Source: an uncultured Polaribacter sp. (lineage in GTDB: Bacteria; Bacteroidota; Bacteroidia; Flavobacteriales; Flavobacteriaceae). Taken from it: DNA of 64,000 bases. Under the pieces are notes generated by a model. The model was not told the origin of the DNA, ran no database searches, and worked only from the letters and a program-made list of their open reading frames with translations. Numbering within the stretch: the first letter of the stretch is position 1; every line of letters begins with the position of its first letter. Shown piece by piece: positions 20,829 through 30,490 of this stretch. The position numbers and the translations under genes were made by a program. The stretch is from contig CANMHT010000004.1 in assembly GCA_947497755.1 (NCBI GenBank), positions 209,589-273,588 of the forward strand, given 5' to 3'.

Positions 20829-21653
20829 ATGAAAAATGTAGTAAAATTTGTAGCAAGCTTAGTATTGATTAGCTCAATTAGCGTAAACGCACAATTAAAA
20901 AGTCAAGCTGGAGTCGGAATCACTTTAGAAATGAAACCTGTCTTACAATTAGACATTAGCTCTCCAGAACAAATCAATTTTATTTTTAAAAATAAAGAAG
21001 ATTATGCCAAAGGAATCGTCAAAAAATCAGCTACGATTATTAGAGTTACCTCTACCACAAAATGGGATTTGTATGCTGTAGGTAGATCTATGGGGAAAAG
21101 TCCGAATGGAAAAACATTTTGGGATCAAGAAAAGAGTTATGCTAGTACTGTAAATTCTGTAGCTGACTTGCCTTTAAGTTTGTTAGAAATTAAACAAAGT
21201 CAGATAAATGTAGCCACTGAAGGTAGTATTGCTACGTATCCTGATTATAGTGCCAACTTCTCTACTCCTTTTAGATCTAGTGCTAGTAACAGCTTGTATG
21301 TAGCAGAAGATGGTTCTATTTCACCACCAAATAAGTTAGGGAAATACATTGCTGGGCAAAGTGGTATTTCTAACGGAGAAAGAAACGATTATATGGCTGG
21401 TGGTTCTTATGATTCTAATCATAAAAGTGCGAGTAATTTCTATTATGAAATAGATTATAGAATCTTACCTGGTTATCCTGCTATTTTTCCAAATGCCTAT
21501 AGTGCCGATGCTAAAGTAGCTGAAAATATTGTAGCTAATGCCAATGCGAATACTGTTTTGGCTGGAGGTGCCGCAGGAAATGGTAACAAGAGTTTTGCTG
21601 AACCTGGAGAATATAGAATGTATGTACAGTATGTTTTATTAGAAGATCAGTAA
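20829..21653 (+). CDS. Secreted beta-rich hypothetical protein, possibly a fimbrial/pilin-like subunit
   Basis: Signal peptide; N-terminal ITLEMKPVLQL..INF....DY..G..; C-terminal PGEYRMYVQYVL resembles donor-strand pilin ends (recalled similarity only). Confidence 0.45.
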   Translation: MKNVVKFVASLVLISSISVNAQLKSQAGVGITLEMKPVLQLDISSPEQINFIFKNKEDYAKGIVKKSATIIRVTSTTKWDLYAVGRSMGKSPNGKTFWDQEKSYASTVNSVADLPLSLLEIKQSQINVATEGSIATYPDYSANFSTPFRSSASNSLYVAEDGSISPPNKLGKYIAGQSGISNGERNDYMAGGSYDSNHKSASNFYYEIDYRILPGYPAIFPNAYSADAKVAENIVANANANTVLAGGAAGNGNKSFAEPGEYRMYVQYVLLEDQ

Positions 21654-21720
21654 ACAATAAAAAATATCAAAAAAATTGTATAAGGAAACTTATACATAAT
21701 TGTGTATTAAGGATGCATGT

Positions 21721-21748
21721 AATAAGGCTATCTTAGGGTAGCCTTATT
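21721..21748 (+). terminator. Intrinsic terminator
   Basis: aataaggctatc/ggtagccttatt stem plus T tract. Confidence 0.75.
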
Positions 21749-22015
21749 TTTAAATGAGTTCTTTTTATAAACATCTCCTCTCTCCTATTTTTTCTTTTTG
21801 CTCTGAAAAGAAAAGCCTTTTTATAAGTCATCATTTACTTCTAAGCACTTTGTTCTTTTTAGAATTTATACTACATTTATCCTGCTAAAAAGGAAAAGAA
21901 ATCACTACTAGATAAAAAATTGTTGTACTTCTTATCTTTTGTAAGATTTTAGTAAAAGGTTTAAATAATATCTATATTTCTTAGCATAAGAAAATAGTAT
22001 ACATTCAAAAAACAA

Positions 22016-22681
22016 ATGACTTCTGAACCTAAAAAAATAAATGTATCCATTACTAATATTATTGCTGTTGCTTCTTCGATTGGAATGATTTGTTGGTTTG
22101 TTACTGACTTTTTGGGTGGTATGGTTCTCTGGGCTATTTCGTATATTTCTATAATAATTTCAATTCTTTTTCTATATGTTTTTTCATTTATTGAGACTTT
22201 AATTTCATTAATTAAAAAAAGAAAAAAAACAAGTAACATAAAATTAATTGCATATGGAATAGTACTACTTTCAATGGTAACCTTAAATCTTTATAAGTCA
22301 GAAATTTTTAAATCTGAAATTGTAATGAAAGCAATACTAAAAGATGATTTTTACCATTATATCCTAGTTTTCAGAAAAGATAATAGTGTTGAAAATCAAA
22401 TAAATGGGTTTATGGGGTATTCAAAAACTATACATGGTAAATATAAGATTGAAGATAATTTGATAATTTTTCAACCTAAACCATATACTAATAATTTTAT
22501 ACCTGACACTATATTAATTGATAGAAAACAAAATGCATTATTCATTGAAAAAGATAAAAACGGAAATTTTAGAACACAAAAAGAGTGGTTAAATCATTTT
22601 AAAATCGAGAAAATACAGAATGACTTTTGCTGCATGTTAACATCTAAAGAAATAGAAAAGCAAAAAAATACTAAAAACTAA
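22016..22681 (+). CDS. Hypothetical membrane protein
   Basis: About three N-terminal TM segments and a soluble C-terminal domain. Confidence 0.7.
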   Translation: MTSEPKKINVSITNIIAVASSIGMICWFVTDFLGGMVLWAISYISIIISILFLYVFSFIETLISLIKKRKKTSNIKLIAYGIVLLSMVTLNLYKSEIFKSEIVMKAILKDDFYHYILVFRKDNSVENQINGFMGYSKTIHGKYKIEDNLIIFQPKPYTNNFIPDTILIDRKQNALFIEKDKNGNFRTQKEWLNHFKIEKIQNDFCCMLTSKEIEKQKNTKN

Positions 22682-22731
22682 ATTTGAAAAAATAGGAATT
22701 ACGAAATAATATGTAGCATATAATTAATCTA

Positions 22732-22774
22732 TATATTTAAACCAAAATTGTAAATCAAAATAACTTAATAGAAT
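22732..22774 (+). repeat. 43-bp intergenic repeat, copy 1
   Basis: 40/43 identical to 27413..27455. Confidence 0.85.
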
Positions 22775-22805
22775 TTTATTACGTCTACCATAAAAAATTA
22801 GCGAG

Positions 22806-23645
22806 ATGAATATTGAAAAAATAAAAAATTACAATCAAAAATTACTGGCAATACTAGGTACAATTGGCGGAATTTGCATCATTATTATTCTTATTTCATT
22901 TATATCACTTCTTATTCAAGAACATAGTAGATTTGATTATAATGAGCCAAATCCTGGCATTTTATCTGAGGAAAAAATTGAAAAACTACAAAAAGAGAAT
23001 AAGCGTGAACAAGTTATTTCTTACGAAACTCCAATATTAATTGATACACTACAAACAACATATATAATTCCTGTTTCGCATAAAACCTTAAACGAAAAAG
23101 AAGATATTGATTTGGTTGGCAATCTAAATGCATTTGCAAGTTCTAAATCAAGCTTTAAAAAGAGAGATTTAAGATACTCAAAAAGAATTTATGGAGAGTT
23201 TAATAATGTTATTGTTTATAACCCAACAAAAAACACTAATAAAAAACTATTTGATAACCGAGTAAATTTTCAAAAAATAAAAACCGAATATTTCGAAAAT
23301 GAAATTCTAGTTCTGATTAATGCTTCAGAAAAAGATACATTCAAAGATGGAGTCATCAACTTAAAAGATTTTAGTTCCCTTTATATCTACTCTTTTAAGG
23401 AAAAAGAGTTTAGAAGAATTGGAATTGCAGGAATGGATGTTTATAATTACAAGTTTATTAATAATAGTAAGGATTTAATTATTGAATTCGGAATTGACAA
23501 AAATAAAGATGGTTCTTATGATAATTATAATGAACCAACAATTATTAAGAAATATGACTTTAAAAAGAAACAGTTAATTGAAATTATCAATTCAAAGATT
23601 AATTCTGAATTGCAAAAAACATTAGAGGGCACAAAAAATAATTAA
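22806..23645 (+). CDS. Hypothetical protein with N-terminal membrane anchor
   Basis: 279-aa ORF, single TM segment, DKNKDG calcium-loop-like motif. Confidence 0.7.
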   Translation: MNIEKIKNYNQKLLAILGTIGGICIIIILISFISLLIQEHSRFDYNEPNPGILSEEKIEKLQKENKREQVISYETPILIDTLQTTYIIPVSHKTLNEKEDIDLVGNLNAFASSKSSFKKRDLRYSKRIYGEFNNVIVYNPTKNTNKKLFDNRVNFQKIKTEYFENEILVLINASEKDTFKDGVINLKDFSSLYIYSFKEKEFRRIGIAGMDVYNYKFINNSKDLIIEFGIDKNKDGSYDNYNEPTIIKKYDFKKKQLIEIINSKINSELQKTLEGTKNN

Positions 23646-23665
23646 TCTCCTTATTTTATTATGCT

Positions 23666-24238
23666 ATGAAAATCACCAATAAAAAATACAAAAACTTACA
23701 TTTAGCAAGTGTAGAGGAACGTGGAGATAATTTTGTTATTGACTTTCTCTTTTCTTCTGTTTTTGGAGTTCTTATTGCAATACTGACTTTTAAAAATTAC
23801 ATTACTGCTTATTTCATCTATCTAAGTGTTAGAAGCCTCTATTATTACCTTTTTGAGCTTTTGTATGGTAGAACACTAGGGAAATTTCAAACCCAAACAA
23901 AAGTTGTGAATTTTAAAGGAGGAAAACCTAGCTCAGTTCAATTACTAAAACGAAATATGAGTCGATTTATTAGTATTTTTTCTGGTGTTAACGATGATGA
24001 AAGAGCCATACACGATAACTTCTCAAATACTTTTGTAATTAAAGATACTGAACTGCAAAAAATAGAAATAAAAAAGCCTTTGAGTCTCATTTTTCATCTA
24101 GCAATCATTTGCTATTATATTTATTTTTTTGGTATAAAACCTGAACAAAATAACATTGATTATCCCTTTTTAGTTTTTTTATCAACCTATTTTATTGTCA
24201 GTATAATTAGAGGTATAAAACCTAAGATTAGTAAGTGA
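23666..24238 (+). CDS. RDD-family membrane protein
   Basis: R..N.VID, GRTLGK..T.TKVV, R.IHD.FSNT.V motifs. Confidence 0.8.
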   Translation: MKITNKKYKNLHLASVEERGDNFVIDFLFSSVFGVLIAILTFKNYITAYFIYLSVRSLYYYLFELLYGRTLGKFQTQTKVVNFKGGKPSSVQLLKRNMSRFISIFSGVNDDERAIHDNFSNTFVIKDTELQKIEIKKPLSLIFHLAIICYYIYFFGIKPEQNNIDYPFLVFLSTYFIVSIIRGIKPKISK

Positions 24239-25110
24239 AAAACATATTTAAAATGAGAATAAAAAAAGAAATGATTGAGGTTTCTATATTAATAAAATAC
24301 ACACAGGTATTAATAATTTTCCTTGTTATATTTTCTTGTGCTAAAAAAACAACTCAAATGAAAACTCCTAAAGATGCCCATAAACAATTTACTGCATTCA
24401 TAGCAAAAAAGAAATTTATTGAACAACCTTATCCTAATTATTATCCTGGAATTGGAAAAGAAAAAATAAGGCCAATCCTTACCGAAAAGATAAATCAGAT
24501 TGCATTTGACTTCAAAGAAATTGCAGTAAATAGAAACCCAACTGATAAAAAGTATCTAGAAAAAATAGAAATTGGACTTTCAAGATTTAAAGACATTTAT
24601 TTGGTTTTGGATACTGAAGACAGAGAAATGATTTGTACTTATATAGAAGAAATAATGGATATTGTTCACTTAAAAAGTTCTAATGGGAAGCTAAATAGAT
24701 TTATGTATGGGGTTAATCCAACAGAGTTGCCAAAAGAAGAAAAATGGACTGACTCAAATGGAAATGTTTTCATTCAAAAAGGAAATGAAGTTTCAATTAT
24801 ACCTGCAAAAAATCGTAAAACTGGGAAAGTTCATAAAATATTTATCTTTAATGAAACTGGTAAAGATATAGGGGTTATAAGTAATCTAAAAATAAAACCA
24901 AACGAATTCAAAGTTTTTGATTTAATGGATACTGACACTCTTAAATTAGATAATGGTGTGGAATTTATGTTTGGAGAAACCTACGGACTTGAAGTTGAAG
25001 ATAAAAAATCTCAAGTTAGCGGACTCGGAGGGAAGTTTTTAGTTAAATATGGAGTCCCAGATAATGCTGAATGGGCTTTTGTCATTGTTCCTAAAGGTGA
25101 AGGAGATTGA
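24235..25110 (+). CDS. Lipoprotein with DUF4844-like N-domain fused to an unknown C-domain
   Basis: FSC lipobox; LDTEDREMICTYIEEIMDIV..SSNG.LN.F.YG motif, followed by ~125 extra residues. Confidence 0.6.
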   Translation: MKNIFKMRIKKEMIEVSILIKYTQVLIIFLVIFSCAKKTTQMKTPKDAHKQFTAFIAKKKFIEQPYPNYYPGIGKEKIRPILTEKINQIAFDFKEIAVNRNPTDKKYLEKIEIGLSRFKDIYLVLDTEDREMICTYIEEIMDIVHLKSSNGKLNRFMYGVNPTELPKEEKWTDSNGNVFIQKGNEVSIIPAKNRKTGKVHKIFIFNETGKDIGVISNLKIKPNEFKVFDLMDTDTLKLDNGVEFMFGETYGLEVEDKKSQVSGLGGKFLVKYGVPDNAEWAFVIVPKGEGD

Positions 25111-25265
25111 AACTCTCTCAGCATACCAAAAATCAATCAAACCAAATACAATCAACTCTAACTTATTAACAGGAGTAATTCTTTAAAATAAAAGTATATT
25201 TATCGCCTAAAATAAAGTTTAAAAAGCTTTGTTCTTATTTAAACATACACATTGTAACCCTGTAG

Positions 25266-25796
25266 ATGAATATTAAAGCACTAAGAGAACAAAAACATCT
25301 TACTCAAGAAGAATTAGCCAACAAATCTGGGGTTTCTATAAGAACTATTCAGCGTATTGAAGCTGGGCAAGAGCCCAAAGGACATACTGCAAGAGTATTG
25401 GCTAAAGCACTTGATATTGATATAAACACATTCAATAAAAAAACTCTTGATGATAAAAATTTCTCTTTAGTTAAAATCATAAACCTCTCTTCTATTTTTG
25501 TGTGTTTTATACCGCCTTTAAATATTATACTACCAGTAATCATCATGTATTATAAAAAACAATTTAATACAACTACAAAACAAATCATATCTATTCAGAT
25601 TATATGGACAATTATAACTTTTTTAATGTTTTTTATTAGTGCAACCCTAAAAAATGCCTTCTCTCTTTCTCATAGATTGCCACTTTGGATTATGATTTCT
25701 TTAATTATCATCAACATCTATATCATTCTAAAAAATGCTGCTGGCTTAGATCGCAATCAAAAGCTTACATTTAAACTCAATTTTAATTTTATTTAA
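25266..25796 (+). CDS. XRE-family HTH regulator with C-terminal membrane domain
   Basis: LTQEELANKSGVSIRTIQRIE HTH; three TM segments. Confidence 0.85.
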   Translation: MNIKALREQKHLTQEELANKSGVSIRTIQRIEAGQEPKGHTARVLAKALDIDINTFNKKTLDDKNFSLVKIINLSSIFVCFIPPLNIILPVIIMYYKKQFNTTTKQIISIQIIWTIITFLMFFISATLKNAFSLSHRLPLWIMISLIIINIYIILKNAAGLDRNQKLTFKLNFNFI

Positions 25797-25916
25797 AAAA
25801 ACTAGTGTTTATAGGTAGTTGACGTATAATTGACAGCTTATTGGCGGGTAATTTTTAAGCATATCTATTTCGTCTTTATGGATTTTTGCAAAAAATAATA
25901 AATAAAAACCTGAAAG

Positions 25917-27374
25917 ATGAACAAAACACATTTCTGTACGCTCCTAATTATAATTTTAACAAGTATTTTTTCTCAAGCTCAAAACAAATCTGATGCGATC
26001 AATCTTTATACTAGAATTGATACCTATCTAGCTAAAGGTGTTAAAAATGGGTTTTCTGGTGCAATTGCTGTAATGATTCAAGGAAAAACAATAATTAATA
26101 AAGGATATGGAATTGCTAATAAAAATACCAATACATTGAATAATCCAAATACTATTTTTGATATCGGTTCTAATACCAAACAATTTACTGCAACAGCCAT
26201 TTTAAAATTAGCTGAATTAAAAAAACTTAAACTAACGGACTCTTTAAGTAAGTATTTTAAAAACTTACCAAAAGAGAAACAGTCAATTACCATACATCAA
26301 TTATTAACACATTCTGCAGGTTTTGTAGATGCCATTGGACGTGATTTTACCAAAATTTCTCAAAAAGATTTTTTTGAAAAACTCTTTGCAAGTAAATTGC
26401 TATCAAAACCCGGAGAAAAGTATGCTTATTCAAATACAGGATATAGTATTTTAGGGCGAATTATTGAAATTGTTTCTAATCAACCTTATGAAACTTTTCT
26501 AAATAAATACCTTTTTAAACCAGCAGGAATGTATCAAACAGGATATTTATTACCTACATGGAACAAAACCCAAATTTCTCGCAGTTATAACAGAGGAATT
26601 ATAGATAGTGAATCTTCTATTTTTCGTTATCAAAAACACAATAAAGTTAATTGGCACTTAAAAGCCAATGGAGGTATCAATAGTACACAAAACGACATGT
26701 TACGTTGGTTCAAAGCATTAAAAACAAATAAAATTCTATCAAAAGAATCCATAAAAAAACTCACTACTCCTTATGCTCATTTTTTAAGTGGAAAATACCA
26801 TTATGCTTATGCCTATGGTTGGACAGTAAGAATGTTAGAAAATGATATTAAACGCCTAACACACAATGGCTCTAACGGCGCATATGCTCATTCACTAATT
26901 TGGTTTCCTGAAAAAGATATTCAAATTGTTTATGTTACCAATGCCAATAGTGCTAAAGTTGAATTCCTAGCTTATGATATTGCTAAAATTATTTTGGACA
27001 AAAAGTATACTCCACAGCCAATTGTAAAGAATGTTTATGCTTTTGCGATGGATTATATAAAACAACATCCTAAAGAGAATTCTAATGAATTGATTGCTTT
27101 ACTTAAAGAAAAATACTCTGAAGATTTTAATTCTAGGCTTTTAAATACCATAGGAAATCTCTTGGTGAGATCTACTAAAAATTTAGATTGGGCAATTGTG
27201 CTGTTTCAAAAAAATATTGAATTACACCCTAAAAACGGAAACCTTTGGGATTCTTTAGGTGATGCATATAAAGCGACAAAACAAAAAGAAAAAGCTATTG
27301 AGAGTTATCAAAAAGCCGTAGAATATGGACATGTAAACTCACAAAAGAAACTAGAAGATTTGAGAAAAGATTAG
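25917..27374 (+). CDS. Serine hydrolase (beta-lactamase family) with C-terminal TPR
   Basis: SNTK, YSN and HNG motifs; NLWDSLGDAY TPR. Confidence 0.9.
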   Translation: MNKTHFCTLLIIILTSIFSQAQNKSDAINLYTRIDTYLAKGVKNGFSGAIAVMIQGKTIINKGYGIANKNTNTLNNPNTIFDIGSNTKQFTATAILKLAELKKLKLTDSLSKYFKNLPKEKQSITIHQLLTHSAGFVDAIGRDFTKISQKDFFEKLFASKLLSKPGEKYAYSNTGYSILGRIIEIVSNQPYETFLNKYLFKPAGMYQTGYLLPTWNKTQISRSYNRGIIDSESSIFRYQKHNKVNWHLKANGGINSTQNDMLRWFKALKTNKILSKESIKKLTTPYAHFLSGKYHYAYAYGWTVRMLENDIKRLTHNGSNGAYAHSLIWFPEKDIQIVYVTNANSAKVEFLAYDIAKIILDKKYTPQPIVKNVYAFAMDYIKQHPKENSNELIALLKEKYSEDFNSRLLNTIGNLLVRSTKNLDWAIVLFQKNIELHPKNGNLWDSLGDAYKATKQKEKAIESYQKAVEYGHVNSQKKLEDLRKD

Positions 27375-27412
27375 GCGATTCAGAGCCTAATTTTTACTTT
27401 GTATAAAAATAC

Positions 27413-27455
27413 TATCTTTAAACAAAAATTGTAAATCAAGATAACTTAATAGAAT
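27413..27455 (+). repeat. 43-bp intergenic repeat, copy 2
   Basis: 40/43 identical to 22732..22774. Confidence 0.85.
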
Positions 27456-27539
27456 CAGCAGATACAGAATAATCCAGAAAGTTACATTTCTATGTATAAC
27501 TTATTACATCTTCTATTTACGATTCATAGCTAATACATT

Positions 27540-28166
27540 ATGAGCATCATTGAAAAATTAAAATACCACGAAGAAGACAAACTTAATGATTGGGTAGATT
27601 ATAGTGAAAAAAGGTCTCGCAAATTTCTAAAAGAAATAGTTCATTATTCAAAAGATAATTTTGAAGAAATTAGAACTTACTGCAATAATACAATTCCTAA
27701 AGAACTTTCAAGTTTAAGTATTGTTTATGAAGCTTTATCTGAATATTCAACAAACTATAACGATTTTCTATCTCAAGAAGTACAACGTGTTGTTAATCTC
27801 GCTAAAAACGGAACTATCAAAGCAACATATTTAGAAGTTTTAACTGATATAGAAACAGAAGATATTTATTCAAAAACGGAAGATATCTATATAAAAACAA
27901 TGAACTTTTTGATTGCTAATTTACATTTAGAAAATGATAACAATTTCAACATTCAACTTCTAGAAATTATTGATTGGTATTTAATTGAACTTGATGAAGA
28001 TGACGATATAAAAGAAGCATCAGTTTGGATTAATCAAATAAAAAACCTTGCCAATAATGGTAGTTCTAGTGTTAAGATTAAAGCTCGAGAGGTTCTTAAT
28101 AACTCCGAAATTTCTGTTTCATTAAATCCGCTTTCGGTTATAGAGAAAATCAAGTCACTTTTTTAA
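27540..28166 (+). CDS. Hypothetical acidic alpha-helical protein
   Basis: 208-aa ORF, no recognised motif. Confidence 0.65.
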   Translation: MSIIEKLKYHEEDKLNDWVDYSEKRSRKFLKEIVHYSKDNFEEIRTYCNNTIPKELSSLSIVYEALSEYSTNYNDFLSQEVQRVVNLAKNGTIKATYLEVLTDIETEDIYSKTEDIYIKTMNFLIANLHLENDNNFNIQLLEIIDWYLIELDEDDDIKEASVWINQIKNLANNGSSSVKIKAREVLNNSEISVSLNPLSVIEKIKSLF

Positions 28167-28346
28167 TTAATTAGTCTAAAAATAAAACCATCCATCAGGC
28201 AAAATCAAGAATCGTAATCAACAATGAATTATAGTAAGAAAGTCATCTGTTAAAAAAATTGTTTTAGTATTTTATTAACTAGCATTTATCATGATTAATC
28301 GTAGTTATGCAATAATTATATCTCTAACAATTAAAAAGTTTGATGA

Positions 28347-29270
28347 ATGAAAAATAGATATCTAATTCTACCGCTCATATTCTCTGTATTATTAAGTGCT
28401 TGTAATTCTAAAAAACAACAATCAAAAGACAATGATTCTTCAACAGTAATAAGTCCTTATTTTGGACAAAAAACACCTGGTTTAACTGCTGAAATTTTTG
28501 CTCCTGGAGTTATTTCATTAGAAGGAAGATATGAGCATTCTGTATCTTTTTCTCCAGATTTGGATGAAATCTATTTTACTGGTAGCTGGAAAGATAAAAG
28601 TACTCACATTTACTATTCTATATTGAAAAATAATAAATGGTCTACTCCCCAAAAAGCCAATTTCACTAAAGGTAAAAAGAAAGAGGAAATGGAATCATTT
28701 ATGAATCTTAAAGGTGATAAAATATATTTTACCGCTTATGATTCTATTTTTGGAGATGAGAAAATTTGGTATGTAGATCGTTTAAAGGATTCTTGGAGCG
28801 ATGCTAAAAAACTGGAATCACCAATTAATGATGGTATGGTTTTTTATTCAAATCAAGCAAAAAACGGAGATCTTTATTATTTCAATATTTCAAAGCGAAA
28901 AACGTATTATGCACCAAATAAAAATGGTAAATTTCCAGAAGTAAAAGAAATAAATATTAGAGGTGCTCATGCTTTTATTTCTCCTAATGAAGACTATATT
29001 GTTATCAATGCTAGAAATAGAGAAAAAGCAGAAAGAAAAAGTGATATTTATGTTTACTTTAAAGAAAAAGATGGAACTTGGTCTAAAGCATTTAATCTTG
29101 GAGAAGGAATCAATTCTAATTTTCTAGAAACCTGTCCGAGTATAACTCCTGATGGCAAGTATTTATTTTTTGGAAGATATAATGAAAAAGACGGATTATC
29201 TAATATTTATTGGGCAAGTACAGAAGTAATTCATCAATTAAAAGATGCCTATTTTAAAAAGAAACAATAA
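28347..29270 (+). CDS. Lipoprotein with TolB-like/PD40 beta-propeller
   Basis: LSAC lipobox; SFSPD..IYF, PSITPDGKYLFF repeats. Confidence 0.85.
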   Translation: MKNRYLILPLIFSVLLSACNSKKQQSKDNDSSTVISPYFGQKTPGLTAEIFAPGVISLEGRYEHSVSFSPDLDEIYFTGSWKDKSTHIYYSILKNNKWSTPQKANFTKGKKKEEMESFMNLKGDKIYFTAYDSIFGDEKIWYVDRLKDSWSDAKKLESPINDGMVFYSNQAKNGDLYYFNISKRKTYYAPNKNGKFPEVKEINIRGAHAFISPNEDYIVINARNREKAERKSDIYVYFKEKDGTWSKAFNLGEGINSNFLETCPSITPDGKYLFFGRYNEKDGLSNIYWASTEVIHQLKDAYFKKKQ

Positions 29271-29356
29271 AGTAATTGATATCCTGTTAATTAAAAAACA
29301 CTACTATTTACAAACAACCAAAAATAAAAACAATCATAAAATTTTAAAACTTATAT

Positions 29357-30409
29357 ATGACTTTTTTATCATTGCTTTTATTCTTTTTTGGAGCTATTGG
29401 TATATTCAATAGTTTTTTATTAAGCTTATATTTTCTTTTTTTTAAAAAGCCAAAACAATTATCTAAACTGCTTTTTGGTTGCTTTTTATTCTTTATTAGC
29501 GAAAGAGCTCTGCGCTCTTTGATCTATTTCTTTTCGCTCGAATTACCAAATGGCTATACTCAAACAGATCCTTTAAGCTTTCTTTTTATTGGACCTTTTT
29601 TATTCTTATATATTTTATCGGTTTTAAAACCAACAGCGAAATTAGTAAGACATTGGAAATCGTATATTTTGTTATGGGTAATTATTGCGGTTTGTCTCTA
29701 TCTTAAATACCCATTTATTGAAGATCCAATCTTTTGGAAAAAGTACATATTAAAAGCAATTAATCTTCAATATCTAGTTTATATTTTATCTGCTGCATAT
29801 CTGATATTTGTACATTATAAGAAAACAAATCTTGCAAATGGTAAAAAGCCATCTATTTTTCTTTGGCTTGTATTGTTAGTAACAAGTAATCTCATTTTAT
29901 GGATTATTTATTTTGTAACAAGCTTTACTTATTTTGCTACAGGATCTATAGTGTTTTCATTATTGTTTTATGGTTTTTTCTTATTTTTTATTTCTAAGAA
30001 AAAAATAAGCGCTAAAGTTTTTAATCCTTCAGAGAAGACCTTCAAAAAAGCTGATGAGAATCATTTAAGTTCGCTAATTGAACAGCTACAAACTTATATG
30101 ACAAATGAAAAACCTTATACAAATCCTAAATTAAAACTCAAAGATATTGCCGATTATTTAGAGGTTTCAACACATCATCTTTCGCAATTATTGAATGAAC
30201 ATTTAGGGAAAAGCTTTGCAACATTTGTTAATGAATATAGAATTGAAGAAGCCAAACGTTTAATTGAATCCAATACCAAATATTCTTTTGATGGTATTGG
30301 CAAAGAATCTGGTTTCAACTCTAAATCAACATTTTATACTGTTTTTAAGACTATAGTTGGACTAACACCAGCCAAATACAAAGAGTTATTTTTTAGTTCA
30401 AAATTATAA
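29357..30409 (+). CDS. AraC-family regulator with N-terminal membrane sensor
   Basis: Multiple TM segments; LSQLLNEHLGKSFATFVNEYRIEEAK and GFNSKSTFYTVFK HTH. Confidence 0.9.
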   Translation: MTFLSLLLFFFGAIGIFNSFLLSLYFLFFKKPKQLSKLLFGCFLFFISERALRSLIYFFSLELPNGYTQTDPLSFLFIGPFLFLYILSVLKPTAKLVRHWKSYILLWVIIAVCLYLKYPFIEDPIFWKKYILKAINLQYLVYILSAAYLIFVHYKKTNLANGKKPSIFLWLVLLVTSNLILWIIYFVTSFTYFATGSIVFSLLFYGFFLFFISKKKISAKVFNPSEKTFKKADENHLSSLIEQLQTYMTNEKPYTNPKLKLKDIADYLEVSTHHLSQLLNEHLGKSFATFVNEYRIEEAKRLIESNTKYSFDGIGKESGFNSKSTFYTVFKTIVGLTPAKYKELFFSSKL

Positions 30410-30490
30410 TTACGAACCGAAATCACTTTTTTTTACATACTTTTTTCTTGAAAGTATCAGTTTTTTGCATTGTATATTTAAATTAAACCA

